Assembly: GCA_964629685.1 (NCBI GenBank)
Contig: CAZVTT010000003.1
Location: 22,038 to 86,037 of the forward strand
Direction: 5' to 3'
Length of the DNA stretch: 64,000 bases
DNA from: an uncultured Gammaproteobacteria bacterium
GTDB taxonomy: Bacteria; Patescibacteriota; Microgenomatia; UBA10105; UBA927
Below are positions 10,777 to 20,291 of the stretch, in pieces. The notes below the pieces were generated by a model, which worked only from the letters and a program-made list of their open reading frames with translations, had not been told where the DNA came from and made no database searches. How positions within the stretch are numbered: position 1 is the first letter of the stretch; every line of letters starts with the position of its first letter. A program made the translations under genes and the position numbers.

Positions 10777-12247
10777 TGATAAACTCCTTACATATACCCT
10801 GTTCAGCGTCTGTTAAACGCATAGTAGTACAAAACTGCAATGCGTGCGCGTCAGCTGCAGTCCGCTCGCCGGTAAACAAAATTGCCTGAACCAATCCGCG
10901 CAAACAAGAATCTGCCAGATTGGCACTAAACGTCCGACAGGCCGCAAGAGCGTCTGATTGTACTATCGTATCCGTCATACCCGCATTCATCCGCATGTGC
11001 AGCTCTCCCAATGTTACCATAGCTTTCGCAGCAGCCGACGCGTCATCCAGTTTTGAAATCCAGGCTCCGGTTTGTATCAAATCCCTCCCGGTAAAGTGGT
11101 AAATTGGCGGTGTCATACGTTCATAACACCTGCCCTTTAAATCCGCATCAAATCCCCGACAGAACCAATAGGGATCCTTCTCATTCATATCCAGACTATA
11201 CCCATGCCGTACGAAATACATATGATCTATCCCACTAAACACACCATCTATGCATTCACTGCCCGGAGAAAACCGTTTACAGTCCTCCAGAGAATGGTGC
11301 AGTATCTGTTCAATATTTTTCCAATACAGTGTGGCATACATATAGGCTAAGCCGTTCCCGACACCCCGCATACACTGGCCCGATACCTGTGGGTTGTCCG
11401 GAATTTTTCGTGCAGCCTCGTTACAAAATTCCTGCGTCTTGGCATAATTCCGGCTATGACTCATATATTCCGACATAAACCCATGGTAAAAACCGGCAGC
11501 ACATTGCGTCGTAAGTGCCCACTCGGAGAATCGTTCCCCTTCCCTATACCGTTCATATGCATATTCTCCGACAAAATCTATAAGCACATGGCACATACCG
11601 GCTACGGTTGTATTTGACGTATAGAGAGCAGCAACGGTCCGAAGTGTTTGGTCTATACCCTGATTGTCCACCATCTCCGCCAATATATTTTTCCAACATA
11701 TTTCCCGGGTGTTTAACACCGCTTCCGCATCACACACTGCATATTTTTTTTGCCAATCAATCTTCGGCGGGAATATCCGCCGCCATAATCTGCGCGTATA
11801 CTGCTCCAATACAATAGAAAATGCAGGCATCAGCGTACCGGAATGTGTACCCAATACGATAATTTCTCCCGTAGCGATCGGATTTATATGATCATGATAG
11901 TGATAAACTCCCGGTTTCGTGAAGGTAAAAGACCAGGATTCATCGGGTGCCAGGGCGCGTTGGGGATCAAACGGAGCATACACGGTATGTTGCGGATGCG
12001 GATCGGATGCCGGCCAAAACGGCGCGGCGGCGATGGTACTAAACGTCACTGCGGTCTGTACCCGAACCAATCTGATGCGCGGCACAAAACCTGTTCGGGT
12101 AACGGTCACGGCACTGGTCCGCTGGTCCACCGGGAAACCCGAAAGCTGCGATAGCACTATTCCCAAACCAAGTAGTCCCAGTACCAATCCCACCAGTCCG
12201 ATCACCCACCATTTTCGTATTCGTACCCGTTTACGCAAGTAAACCAT
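10751..12247 (-). CDS. CH-family protein with cupredoxin_1-like domain and a degenerate His motif
   Basis: 498 aa. Anchor WWVIGLVGLVLGLLGLGIVL. Cupredoxin-like GFVPRIRLVRVQTAVTF..WPASDPHPQHTVYAPFD..ESWSFTFTKPGVYHYHDH. CH motifs partly degenerate: MCHVLIDFVG, CAAGFYHGFM, and CMRGVGNG where the other paralogs have CxHGxGHG. Confidence 0.55.
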   Translation of the reverse strand: MVYLRKRVRIRKWWVIGLVGLVLGLLGLGIVLSQLSGFPVDQRTSAVTVTRTGFVPRIRLVRVQTAVTFSTIAAAPFWPASDPHPQHTVYAPFDPQRALAPDESWSFTFTKPGVYHYHDHINPIATGEIIVLGTHSGTLMPAFSIVLEQYTRRLWRRIFPPKIDWQKKYAVCDAEAVLNTREICWKNILAEMVDNQGIDQTLRTVAALYTSNTTVAGMCHVLIDFVGEYAYERYREGERFSEWALTTQCAAGFYHGFMSEYMSHSRNYAKTQEFCNEAARKIPDNPQVSGQCMRGVGNGLAYMYATLYWKNIEQILHHSLEDCKRFSPGSECIDGVFSGIDHMYFVRHGYSLDMNEKDPYWFCRGFDADLKGRCYERMTPPIYHFTGRDLIQTGAWISKLDDASAAAKAMVTLGELHMRMNAGMTDTIVQSDALAACRTFSANLADSCLRGLVQAILFTGERTAADAHALQFCTTMRLTDAEQGICKEFINESKTVPY

Positions 12248-12250
12248 GAT

Positions 12251-13402
12251 TTAATTCCTGTCACCCGTACTCCGCTTTCGGCATAAATCCTGCACGGACT
12301 GCGGTACTTCAGCGCATATCTGAATATTTTTTTCCGCCGAATACCACTGCTGTAAATATGAGAAAATATAGTCATAACAGGCTTGCCGCTCGTTCGGCGT
12401 TAACGGTGCCGTCGTACAGAATTCAACCGGTTTTTTATACTCCTGCTCCGGCTGTCCCTGCTCTAAAAACCCATACGCATATCCCTGAATACAGGCTTCC
12501 CGTAAACGGGGTTGGACGCCACGACATTTCGCTATTGTTTCCCGGTGATCTGTCGCATTCATATGGGAAGATCCCACCGGAGCCGCCAGATTTATCATGG
12601 CATGTTGTGCCACTACATCATCGGGAATCGGTTCAATAAATTTTGCTGCACGGGTTATGTCACCCGCGGTTATTGCCAATACCGATATGTTCAGACTTAT
12701 GTAACAGGCGTCCTGATATTCCGCTTTTTGTGTCCGACAGATACGGAGCGGATCACGCTCGTCAAACTTCAGATTATATTCACGGTTGTTGTAAAACAGC
12801 GCTATTCCGTTATATACACCGGTAGCGCAACGGGACCGTTCTTCTGCCGTTACCGATACCTGTTCGCATAATGCCAATGCCGGATCAATCATTGCCTGTT
12901 CATTCCCCCAGGTAGCCGGATCATGATTATTTACCGTTCCGTGTCCGATACCGTGAAAGCACTGAAACACCGCGTCCGGAGAAACTTTGGTAATCTGTTG
13001 ATCCACATAGTCGCAGAACTTTCTGGCAAGCTGCATGTCACCTTTCCGTGACACCAGCGTTTCCATAAAACCATGATAAAACCCATACGAACAGTACGCG
13101 GTTTTGGGGGAAACGGAAAAATCTTTGTTGCGGATAAATAAGTTATACGCCTCTTTCCCGATAAAGTGGGTCAGATCATGACAGGTTCCGGAGAATGCCG
13201 GATTGTTATCATACGCCGTAGCCAAAACGGTTAAGGCACCGTCCACGCCATGGGAATGGAGAATTTTTTTTATGGCAGTCTGCCAGCATACGTCAGAATC
13301 ACAAACAGGCTGGACCAATGGTTCTACCTGTCTCAGGCGCCACAGACTTATCAGCTCCATGCAGACGACAATTACCAGCGCTAATACAATACGTTTTCTC
13401 AT
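12251..13402 (-). CDS. CH-family secreted Cys/His-rich repeat protein (subfamily C)
   Basis: 383 aa. Anchor IVLALVIVVCMELISLW. Motifs TCHDLTHFIG, YCSYGFYHGFMETLV, QCFHGIGHG. Confidence 0.6.
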   Translation of the reverse strand: MRKRIVLALVIVVCMELISLWRLRQVEPLVQPVCDSDVCWQTAIKKILHSHGVDGALTVLATAYDNNPAFSGTCHDLTHFIGKEAYNLFIRNKDFSVSPKTAYCSYGFYHGFMETLVSRKGDMQLARKFCDYVDQQITKVSPDAVFQCFHGIGHGTVNNHDPATWGNEQAMIDPALALCEQVSVTAEERSRCATGVYNGIALFYNNREYNLKFDERDPLRICRTQKAEYQDACYISLNISVLAITAGDITRAAKFIEPIPDDVVAQHAMINLAAPVGSSHMNATDHRETIAKCRGVQPRLREACIQGYAYGFLEQGQPEQEYKKPVEFCTTAPLTPNERQACYDYIFSYLQQWYSAEKNIQICAEVPQSVQDLCRKRSTGDRN

Positions 13403-13452
13403 ACTTCAATTCAGATATACCGTAGTGTCAAAAATATATCTGTACGATAGTT

Positions 13453-14445
13453 TCACTCTCCTGCACATGCCGAAACGATCCGGTCAGGCAAACCGTCACA
13501 GATTCTGGCGGCATTTTCGCGGTCCGGCATACTGGACCAGGTACTCCAAGACGCCTGTTTCCGACAGAGATACACTCCTTCTGTGGTCGGCATACGGGCA
13601 CAGGCGGCAATCGTTTTTTCGACGTTGTAATTATTTGTCGGTGCCGCTATTTGTCCGATTCCTTCAAAACAGGTAGTAATTTCTTGTGGTTTGGGAAGCC
13701 TGAGACACAGCGTCCCCAGCGTTGTAAAGTCATGATCAAATTGCCTCCCCCACCATTGCACGATGGTAAACAAACAATTCATTCGGTACTGCGACGGAAT
13801 ACTGTCACACGGTTCGTATATGTTGTTTCCCACCTGTGGCCGCACACCGGTTTCCACCCCGTCTGCCGTTAAAACGGTCGGCAAATTATATTCCATAAAT
13901 ACCCCGCCGCCACATCCACCGATGTCTTCTTTCCAGGATAATTCCGCACACAAATCCAATGCTTCCACTAACCTGTCACGTCCGAGATATTCCAAAATGC
14001 CATGCCCGATTCCGTGTTGGCAGGCATGCTCCCGCGGGCCGGAATTTTTAATACATGCCAAATCCAAATCATGAATTATTCCTATTCCTTCTGCCCGCAC
14101 GGCTTTACTCAAAAACCCATGGTAACATCCGAATTCATTCTCCGCATCACAGGTACCTATCCCGTTTACCCCTAATGTTTGAAACAACACTTCACCGAAC
14201 AAGTGTGTCATTTCGTGCCGTTTCCCGTGCGGCTCCTGTGCATATTGCGATTTTAACTGCGCATACGCCCTGTCCGGACCGTCCCGTTTTATACTCTGCA
14301 TCCAGACACTCCGCGATTGACTGATACGCTCTTTGGATACGGGTGTATTTGTTTTTCCGGACAGCAGCACAAAAGACTCGATACAAACCACACCGGCCAA
14401 TACCAGGCAGACTGTCCATTTCACCATGCGGTAATTGCCCATCAT
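13453..14445 (-). CDS. CH-family secreted Cys/His-rich repeat protein (subfamily D)
   Basis: Track ORF is 13453..14541. The likely start is MMGNYRMVKWTVCLVLAGVVCI at 14445, 1 nt after the upstream stop. Motifs HLFGEVLFQTLGV, CDAENEFGCYHGF, ACQHGIGHG. Confidence 0.6.
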   Translation of the reverse strand: MMGNYRMVKWTVCLVLAGVVCIESFVLLSGKTNTPVSKERISQSRSVWMQSIKRDGPDRAYAQLKSQYAQEPHGKRHEMTHLFGEVLFQTLGVNGIGTCDAENEFGCYHGFLSKAVRAEGIGIIHDLDLACIKNSGPREHACQHGIGHGILEYLGRDRLVEALDLCAELSWKEDIGGCGGGVFMEYNLPTVLTADGVETGVRPQVGNNIYEPCDSIPSQYRMNCLFTIVQWWGRQFDHDFTTLGTLCLRLPKPQEITTCFEGIGQIAAPTNNYNVEKTIAACARMPTTEGVYLCRKQASWSTWSSMPDRENAARICDGLPDRIVSACAGE

Positions 14446-14446
14446 A

Positions 14447-15667
14447 TTATCTGCACTCACCCTGATACTGTGCCGGGATCTGTGAGCAGTACGACTCGAG
14501 CGCTGCAGTATTGCCCGGATTATAAAACCGAACCGCACCACTCAACGTCGAAAAACAGGCAGTGCGGGCCGGTCCTTCGGCAATTGCAGTACAAAACCGT
14601 ATTGCTACCGTTACATCATTCTCCCCGCCCCAATACAATGTTTGCGTAATCGCCCGTAAACAGGCATCTACCCCGAACGCATTCCCGGCCAGCTCGCACC
14701 AGGAAATCGCCTTAGCAAATTGTGCATCCGTTAATTGTCCGACTTTACGGATATCCCGGTCCTGCACCAATACAATAAACTCTTTTCCGAACCCGCCGTA
14801 ACAGGCGTCACGATTGCTAAAATCATTCAGAGATAACGCACTACAGTACGAAAACGCTTTGGGAAAATATTTTTCCTCGGGGTCTCCCAAATCCGCGCCT
14901 GCCCGCTGAAACAATAAGGGCGTCAGATACAGGTAACACACGGACCTGGAACTATCGGGAATATACTCTGACGAACACGGCGTAAGCATATCCGCGGTAT
15001 CCAAATATTTTTTGGATTGCTCCGCCCAGGCTTTTTGGTTATGCGATCCGCCGGAGATTATTTCCATTACGGCACCGCCGACACATTCGGCCGCTTCCCT
15101 AAATTGATACTCCGGTGTTCCTGTCTTCTGACAGAGCTGCACAGCCCGGGGCATATCGTAATTTACGGCAGCCAATACCCCGTGTCCCAGTCCATGAAAA
15201 CACATAGTATATGCACCGCTGCCGCCGGGAGCCGTCCGGCATATCTCAGAAATTTCCGGCAATGCAGCCTCAGCTTTTTCCATATACAACCCAACCACAA
15301 TCGAATGCGAACACGCATTCCGAAAATCCTGGGTACATTCGTATATGCCCTTCACTCCCTGTTGTTTATACAACTCATCCCCGACTATGTGGCCCAGCAA
15401 ATGCAGGTCCGTATTGGCGGGAAGTGTAGCCAGACGCAGCAGATCGAAAGCATATACTGCTCCATTCTTTTCCGCTTGAGACTGGAAATAATGTGTCAGT
15501 TCCGGAAATGATTTACCGCGCAAATCCACGATTTCATTGGTATGCCGAACGGCGACGTTTCCCTGTCGGTTCCGAAAATACAGGAACACCACATTAATAC
15601 CCACCAACAGTATCACCAGTACCAGACGAACCAGGCGGGACGTGTGAACTCGGGATTTGGTACTCAT
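14447..15667 (-). CDS. CH-family secreted Cys/His-rich repeat protein (subfamily E)
   Basis: 406 aa. Anchor LVRLVLVILLVGINVVFLYF. Motifs LHLLGHIVG, ACSHSIVVGLYME, MCFHGLGHG. 73-nt gap to the upstream small gene. Confidence 0.55.
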   Translation of the reverse strand: MSTKSRVHTSRLVRLVLVILLVGINVVFLYFRNRQGNVAVRHTNEIVDLRGKSFPELTHYFQSQAEKNGAVYAFDLLRLATLPANTDLHLLGHIVGDELYKQQGVKGIYECTQDFRNACSHSIVVGLYMEKAEAALPEISEICRTAPGGSGAYTMCFHGLGHGVLAAVNYDMPRAVQLCQKTGTPEYQFREAAECVGGAVMEIISGGSHNQKAWAEQSKKYLDTADMLTPCSSEYIPDSSRSVCYLYLTPLLFQRAGADLGDPEEKYFPKAFSYCSALSLNDFSNRDACYGGFGKEFIVLVQDRDIRKVGQLTDAQFAKAISWCELAGNAFGVDACLRAITQTLYWGGENDVTVAIRFCTAIAEGPARTACFSTLSGAVRFYNPGNTAALESYCSQIPAQYQGECR

Positions 15668-15740
15668 GTGAGTAGATTATAACCTAATACCAAAACGGAA
15701 CAGACAGCTATCACACAGTACGGGTAGAGAAGTAAATGTC

Positions 15741-16313
15741 TTACCGCGAGAGCAGCAGCATTCCGGCCAAAATGTTATCTCCGCAGGTATAGGTAATCAA
15801 TCCTTCTTCGGCCACAAAATCCAGAGTAATTGCCTTACTTTGATTTGCCGGAATCACCAGGGATTTCTCTCCCGGCCATTTTACGGTAATTTCTGCAGCA
15901 TCGTTATTTTTATAGGTAAGTTTTGACCCTTTTTTGGCTTTTACGACCACCGGATCGGTCTGACACTTCGTGACCGACACCGTGTTCACTTCTTTTGCAG
16001 CGGCGTTTACTTTTGCTATGTATTCCGCTTTCGTTTTTTCATCGGCTTTTTCTCCGGGTACGACTAATAACGAACCGCGTTCTCCGGTCAGGGAGGGATC
16101 ATTTACCGATGCGGTTTCGGCGCCCGCCCCGCCGGTCGGCGTCGGACTTGCGGATGTTTTAGCGGTAGGAAGCGAAATCTGCGGTAACGATATGGAACCG
16201 CCCATTTCCTGATAAATTAACAAACCCAATACTAGAGCGGTCACGGTAAGAATGCCGATAGCAATATTCAAAACGGTATCTATGAGTTTTCCTTTTCCCA
16301 AAACGTGCTTCAT
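15741..16313 (-). CDS. Small membrane-anchored protein with degenerate cupredoxin-like C-terminal domain; first gene of the minus-strand array
   Basis: 190 aa. Anchor VLNIAIGILTVTALVLGLLIY. Ser/Thr/Pro/Gly-rich linker. C-terminal pattern DPVVVKAKKGSKLTYKNND..ITVKWPGE..LITYTCGDNILAGMLLL resembles cupredoxin_1 (PF13473-type) but lacks the His and Met ligands. Confidence 0.4.
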   Translation of the reverse strand: MKHVLGKGKLIDTVLNIAIGILTVTALVLGLLIYQEMGGSISLPQISLPTAKTSASPTPTGGAGAETASVNDPSLTGERGSLLVVPGEKADEKTKAEYIAKVNAAAKEVNTVSVTKCQTDPVVVKAKKGSKLTYKNNDAAEITVKWPGEKSLVIPANQSKAITLDFVAEEGLITYTCGDNILAGMLLLSR

Positions 16314-16432
16314 ACGATTACCCTAATCCTGCCGCAATTTATTCCCCCTGTCAAGGACAGTACCATACCAAACAGCAATACCCGGAAAAACGTGCATACT
16401 GTAGAAACTACAATAAAGAAGCAATTATACTT

Positions 16433-18271
16433 ATGCCAATGATCTCGCTTCCGTGGGCATTCATGCTTGCAATACTATCCCAAATCAGCGCACTCATTGC
16501 TGGTGTGGGAATAGTACTCTTCCCGGGACTTCCGCTCTCTGCACTCATACCGCAAACGGATAAAAATGTCGGCGTACGGATTTTACCCGTTATAGCGTTA
16601 TCACTGAGTACCTGGATTGCCGTGTTCACCCTCCTGAAATTCATTGCACTGCCGCTGGATGTCTGCATCTTTAGCATTCTACTGATCTCAATGGCGGTAT
16701 GGATTATCCGTCTTTCCGTCAGGAAGACACGTATCCGGGTAATTCGGCCGGACATTTGGATGTGTGGCGTAGGACTTATACTTTCGCTCCTCTTCGGGCA
16801 GCTTGCCGTTTCACTCATAGCCCCGTCCGGAGGAGACATGGCCACCCACAGTTATATTGCACGGCTTATATTGGAAAAAAACACCTATCCTGATTCGTAT
16901 GAGCCACTCATACCTATCCGTCATTTCGGCTCGTACAGCAGCGGAATGCCGCTCGTTATTGCCGTAGTATCACGCACACTGAATATTCCCATTTATACCG
17001 GCGCACTGCTGGTTACCATTGCCACCTATGTCTGGTTCGGATTATCCCTATACTATTTTCTGCAACACTTCTTCCCCCGCCCTATCAGTGCGGGTACGGC
17101 ACTTTTCGCAACCTTGTGTAGCCCGGCTGTACTGTACTATCTCCCCTGGGGCGGAAATCCGACGGTACTTTCACTTGGATTTTTAGTGCAGGCGATCACA
17201 CTCAGTCTGGAACTTCTGTCCGCACACAAAACGTCTCTTTCCGTTCGTGCGGCTATACTGCCGGGTTTGGTATTTTTCGCGTCATTTGCGACACATCATA
17301 TTCCGTTCATTGCATCGCTCTACGCGTTGATACCGATACTGATCGGATACGCGTTGCAAAGCACCGGAAAACGGTTTTTCTTTCGTTTTACGCTGACACT
17401 TGCGGGAACGCTTGCCCTCCTCAGCATACCGTTTTTCTTGGATGTGAAGTACCCCAGTCCGGCGACGCTGGAACTCATCCGCGACTGGCAACGCGGAGAC
17501 CATGGTCACGTCTGGCGCGGCACACTATCGACAATTATTCCTACGCTGCCGCTCTATCTGATGGATAGATTGGGTTCGTTGACGATGGCTGCAGCCACAG
17601 GAGCGTTACTGGTCACGCTGTTTATCCGCCGTAAAATACCCACGTGGTTCGTTTGGACGCTGGGTATGGGAATATTCGGCATCATAAATTCCCGATACTG
17701 GCTGCTTCCGCTTTCACCATTATTATATCCGGAGCGGATAAGCACGATCCTCATTATTCCCTTTTCGTGGTCTATCGCTCTGGGAATTACCGAAAGTATT
17801 CAGGTACTAAAACGACTCAAACCGAACGGCATAGGGATCGTACTTGGCAGTATCGGTATATCCGTTATCATTTGGGGAAGTATCCCCGCTTTCAGGCACA
17901 ATTTCTCGGAAACTATCGCCCGTAGCCAAGCAGAAACATCCGTGACGGGTGATGACCTCCGGGCAATACTGTGGATTGCCGCCAATACTCCAGCCCATGC
18001 AATTATTGCCAATAACTACGGGGACGCAGGAATATGGATTCCCGCTATTGCCTACCGGAAAGTTACCTATAATGATGCAAACCCGTATGATTTTGATGAA
18101 CTGTTCGCTGCCCAAAGACTCCTGACACCTACATATATGTATATAGGAGCAAAAATTGTCTATTCGCAGGGTGATCATCTGCGTTTCACGATCTCTTCAC
18201 CGGAAATACGAAACGCGAGCCCCGTCTTTCGATCAGGAAACGCCCGTGTTTTCCCCCTGTTTTCACCATGA
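16433..18271 (+). CDS. Polytopic membrane protein (GT-C-like architecture), function unknown
   Basis: 612 aa with more than 12 hydrophobic helices. Divergent from the CH array. A candidate -10 TACAAT lies at about 16409. The stop overlaps the start of the next gene (ATGA). Confidence 0.45.
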   Translation: MPMISLPWAFMLAILSQISALIAGVGIVLFPGLPLSALIPQTDKNVGVRILPVIALSLSTWIAVFTLLKFIALPLDVCIFSILLISMAVWIIRLSVRKTRIRVIRPDIWMCGVGLILSLLFGQLAVSLIAPSGGDMATHSYIARLILEKNTYPDSYEPLIPIRHFGSYSSGMPLVIAVVSRTLNIPIYTGALLVTIATYVWFGLSLYYFLQHFFPRPISAGTALFATLCSPAVLYYLPWGGNPTVLSLGFLVQAITLSLELLSAHKTSLSVRAAILPGLVFFASFATHHIPFIASLYALIPILIGYALQSTGKRFFFRFTLTLAGTLALLSIPFFLDVKYPSPATLELIRDWQRGDHGHVWRGTLSTIIPTLPLYLMDRLGSLTMAAATGALLVTLFIRRKIPTWFVWTLGMGIFGIINSRYWLLPLSPLLYPERISTILIIPFSWSIALGITESIQVLKRLKPNGIGIVLGSIGISVIIWGSIPAFRHNFSETIARSQAETSVTGDDLRAILWIAANTPAHAIIANNYGDAGIWIPAIAYRKVTYNDANPYDFDELFAAQRLLTPTYMYIGAKIVYSQGDHLRFTISSPEIRNASPVFRSGNARVFPLFSP

Positions 18272-18999
18272 AAAAATTCTGTGTCATTATTCCGGCATTT
18301 AACGAAGCGGCTACCATAGCCGGGGTCATCAAAAACATCCAAAAACACTATCCGACATGTGCACTCATCGTCGTTGATGACGGATCAACGGATAACACCG
18401 CACAGATAGCCGGAGATCTGGGGGTGCTTGTCGTCCGTCATACAACCAACCGGGGAATCGGTGCAGCCGTGCAAACGGGTTTACGCACAGCCATCGCACA
18501 GCGTTACTCTACCGTGGTTCAATGCGATGCGGATGGTCAACATGACCCGGCAGAAATGAACACGCTCCTGCAGGCAGCTGCGGATTCCGTCGCACTCGTC
18601 ATCGGCAACAGATTCGGAAACCCGAAAACCTATGCTTCGCCGCTATCCCGCAGGTGGGGTTCCCGGCTATGTACCGCAGTGTTATATTGCTGTTTTGGTC
18701 GTCCGGCGATATCCGATCCCACGTCAGGATTTCGCCTCTATACCGGACCGGCTCTGCCGTTGTTTGCCGCAAATTACCCACGTCATCTTCCGGAACCGGA
18801 ATCAATTGCACTCGTCCTGAAACACGGACACCGTATCCGCGAAGTTCCCGTGGTTATGCATCAGCGTCAGGGCGGCATCTCATCAATAACCAACCGCAAG
18901 GCACTCTTCTTGCTCTTTGCAATACCTTTTGGCATACTGTGGATCGCGTATACCGGCACGCTTTTTGCGTGGCCGCACGAACGACGCACACAGGCATGA
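18268..18999 (+). CDS. Family 2 glycosyltransferase (polyprenyl-phosphate sugar synthase-like)
   Basis: N-terminus FCVIIPAFNEAATI. VVDDGSTDNT. Acidic motif QCDADGQHD. 4-nt ATGA overlap with both neighbours. Confidence 0.75.
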   Translation: MKKFCVIIPAFNEAATIAGVIKNIQKHYPTCALIVVDDGSTDNTAQIAGDLGVLVVRHTTNRGIGAAVQTGLRTAIAQRYSTVVQCDADGQHDPAEMNTLLQAAADSVALVIGNRFGNPKTYASPLSRRWGSRLCTAVLYCCFGRPAISDPTSGFRLYTGPALPLFAANYPRHLPEPESIALVLKHGHRIREVPVVMHQRQGGISSITNRKALFLLFAIPFGILWIAYTGTLFAWPHERRTQA

Positions 19000-20285
19000 A
19001 ACCAACTTCACCAGCAGCCGTCACCATCATCGGATTAGGGTACGTTGGCTTTCCGCTCGCGGCTGCCCTATCCTCCGGGACAGATACCACTGTCTACGGT
19101 CTGATCACGTCACAAGAAAAAGCCGGACGGATTACCGATAAAACGTACAACCCCGATATTCCCGGTTTTTCCTGGAAAGGAATTACCATTACCGCCACCA
19201 CTTCCCCGGAAACCTGCCTGCCGCACTCGGATGTGATCGTGGTTTGTGTCCCCACACCGGTATCTGCACGCCATAAACCGGATATCACGGCACTAAAATC
19301 TGTGCTGAAAACAATCGGCAGGCATCTGCACTCAGGTCAACTTATCATCATCGAATCCACTGTGGGACCGGGAATGATGGAACAGGTATGCATCCCGCTG
19401 TTGGAACGCTCCGGTTTCCGGGCAGGACAACAGTTTGACGTCTCATATTGTCCGGAACGGATAAATCCCGGAGATACTGTGCATCCGCTTACCAAAATCC
19501 CCCGCATTGTCGCTTCCACGTCACCCGCCGGTTTAACCAAAACAACCCGATTTTATGAACGGATAATCCGTGCCCCGATCGTGCCGGTACAATCCTTCGG
19601 CATCGCCGAAACGGCAAAGATGTTGGAAAATGCGTTCCGTGATGTAAACATGGCCCTTATCCATGAATTTGCACTGGCCTGTGAAACATTACGCATACCG
19701 ATTGCGGACGTGATTGCTGCAGCTGCCACGAAACCATTTGGCTTTATGCCATTTTATCCGCGTACCGGCGTCGGTGGGGATTGTATTCCGGTAGACCCGT
19801 GGTATCAGATAGATGCAGGCAACCGACATGGTTTTTCTCATAGGCTGCTCACTACCGCCAGAACCATAAATGCGTCCTATCCCAAAAGCATCACGACATA
19901 CGTACGAAACCTGTGTCGGCATCACCGCATAAATCCTAAGCGCCATGCTGTCGGCATATATGGACTATCATACAAATCCGGAACCAAAAGTCTGTCAAAT
20001 AGTCCGGCACGTATTATCGCAAAGCAATTACGAAAAATATTCCGGGTGCATACCTACGACGACGCACATCCGGAACTTTCTACGGTAAACACCGTGTATG
20101 ATTTGGTAAATACCTGCCGCGTACTGGTTGTCTGTACGGACGATCCGTTGGCACTGGAAGCTCTCGCAGAACTCCTGCACGGAAAAACCTCAGTTACGTT
20201 GCTCATAGACGGAAGTTATACGTTACGCAGTCAGCTTGCGGATATTTCTCATATCACGGTAACAGGCATCGGTATACCGGAGTAG
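18996..20285 (+). CDS. UDP-sugar 6-dehydrogenase family (UDP-glucose/GDP-mannose dehydrogenase-like)
   Basis: Track ORF is 18654..20285, but its first 114 codons overlap the GT2 gene. Start placed at the Met at 18996 (MKPTSPAAVTIIGLGYVGFPLAAAL, a Rossmann GxGxxG). Catalytic-Cys motif GVGGDCIPVDP. Confidence 0.7.
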   Translation: MKPTSPAAVTIIGLGYVGFPLAAALSSGTDTTVYGLITSQEKAGRITDKTYNPDIPGFSWKGITITATTSPETCLPHSDVIVVCVPTPVSARHKPDITALKSVLKTIGRHLHSGQLIIIESTVGPGMMEQVCIPLLERSGFRAGQQFDVSYCPERINPGDTVHPLTKIPRIVASTSPAGLTKTTRFYERIIRAPIVPVQSFGIAETAKMLENAFRDVNMALIHEFALACETLRIPIADVIAAAATKPFGFMPFYPRTGVGGDCIPVDPWYQIDAGNRHGFSHRLLTTARTINASYPKSITTYVRNLCRHHRINPKRHAVGIYGLSYKSGTKSLSNSPARIIAKQLRKIFRVHTYDDAHPELSTVNTVYDLVNTCRVLVVCTDDPLALEALAELLHGKTSVTLLIDGSYTLRSQLADISHITVTGIGIPE

Positions 20286-20291
20286 ACACCG

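Noticed and set aside
16408-16845. 145-aa ORF antisense to the start of 16433..18271, and similar antisense or out-of-frame ORFs inside long genes (e.g. 34376..35035, 56277..56951, 60713..61162, 31323..31874)
   Set aside because: They lie inside well-supported long membrane-protein genes, have low-complexity composition and have no independent support.
18654-18995. N-terminal 114 codons of the 543-aa track ORF 18654..20285
   Set aside because: They overlap the GT2 gene 18268..18999 in another frame and have no dehydrogenase similarity. The Rossmann motif begins right after the Met at 18996, which overlaps the GT2 stop as ATGA.
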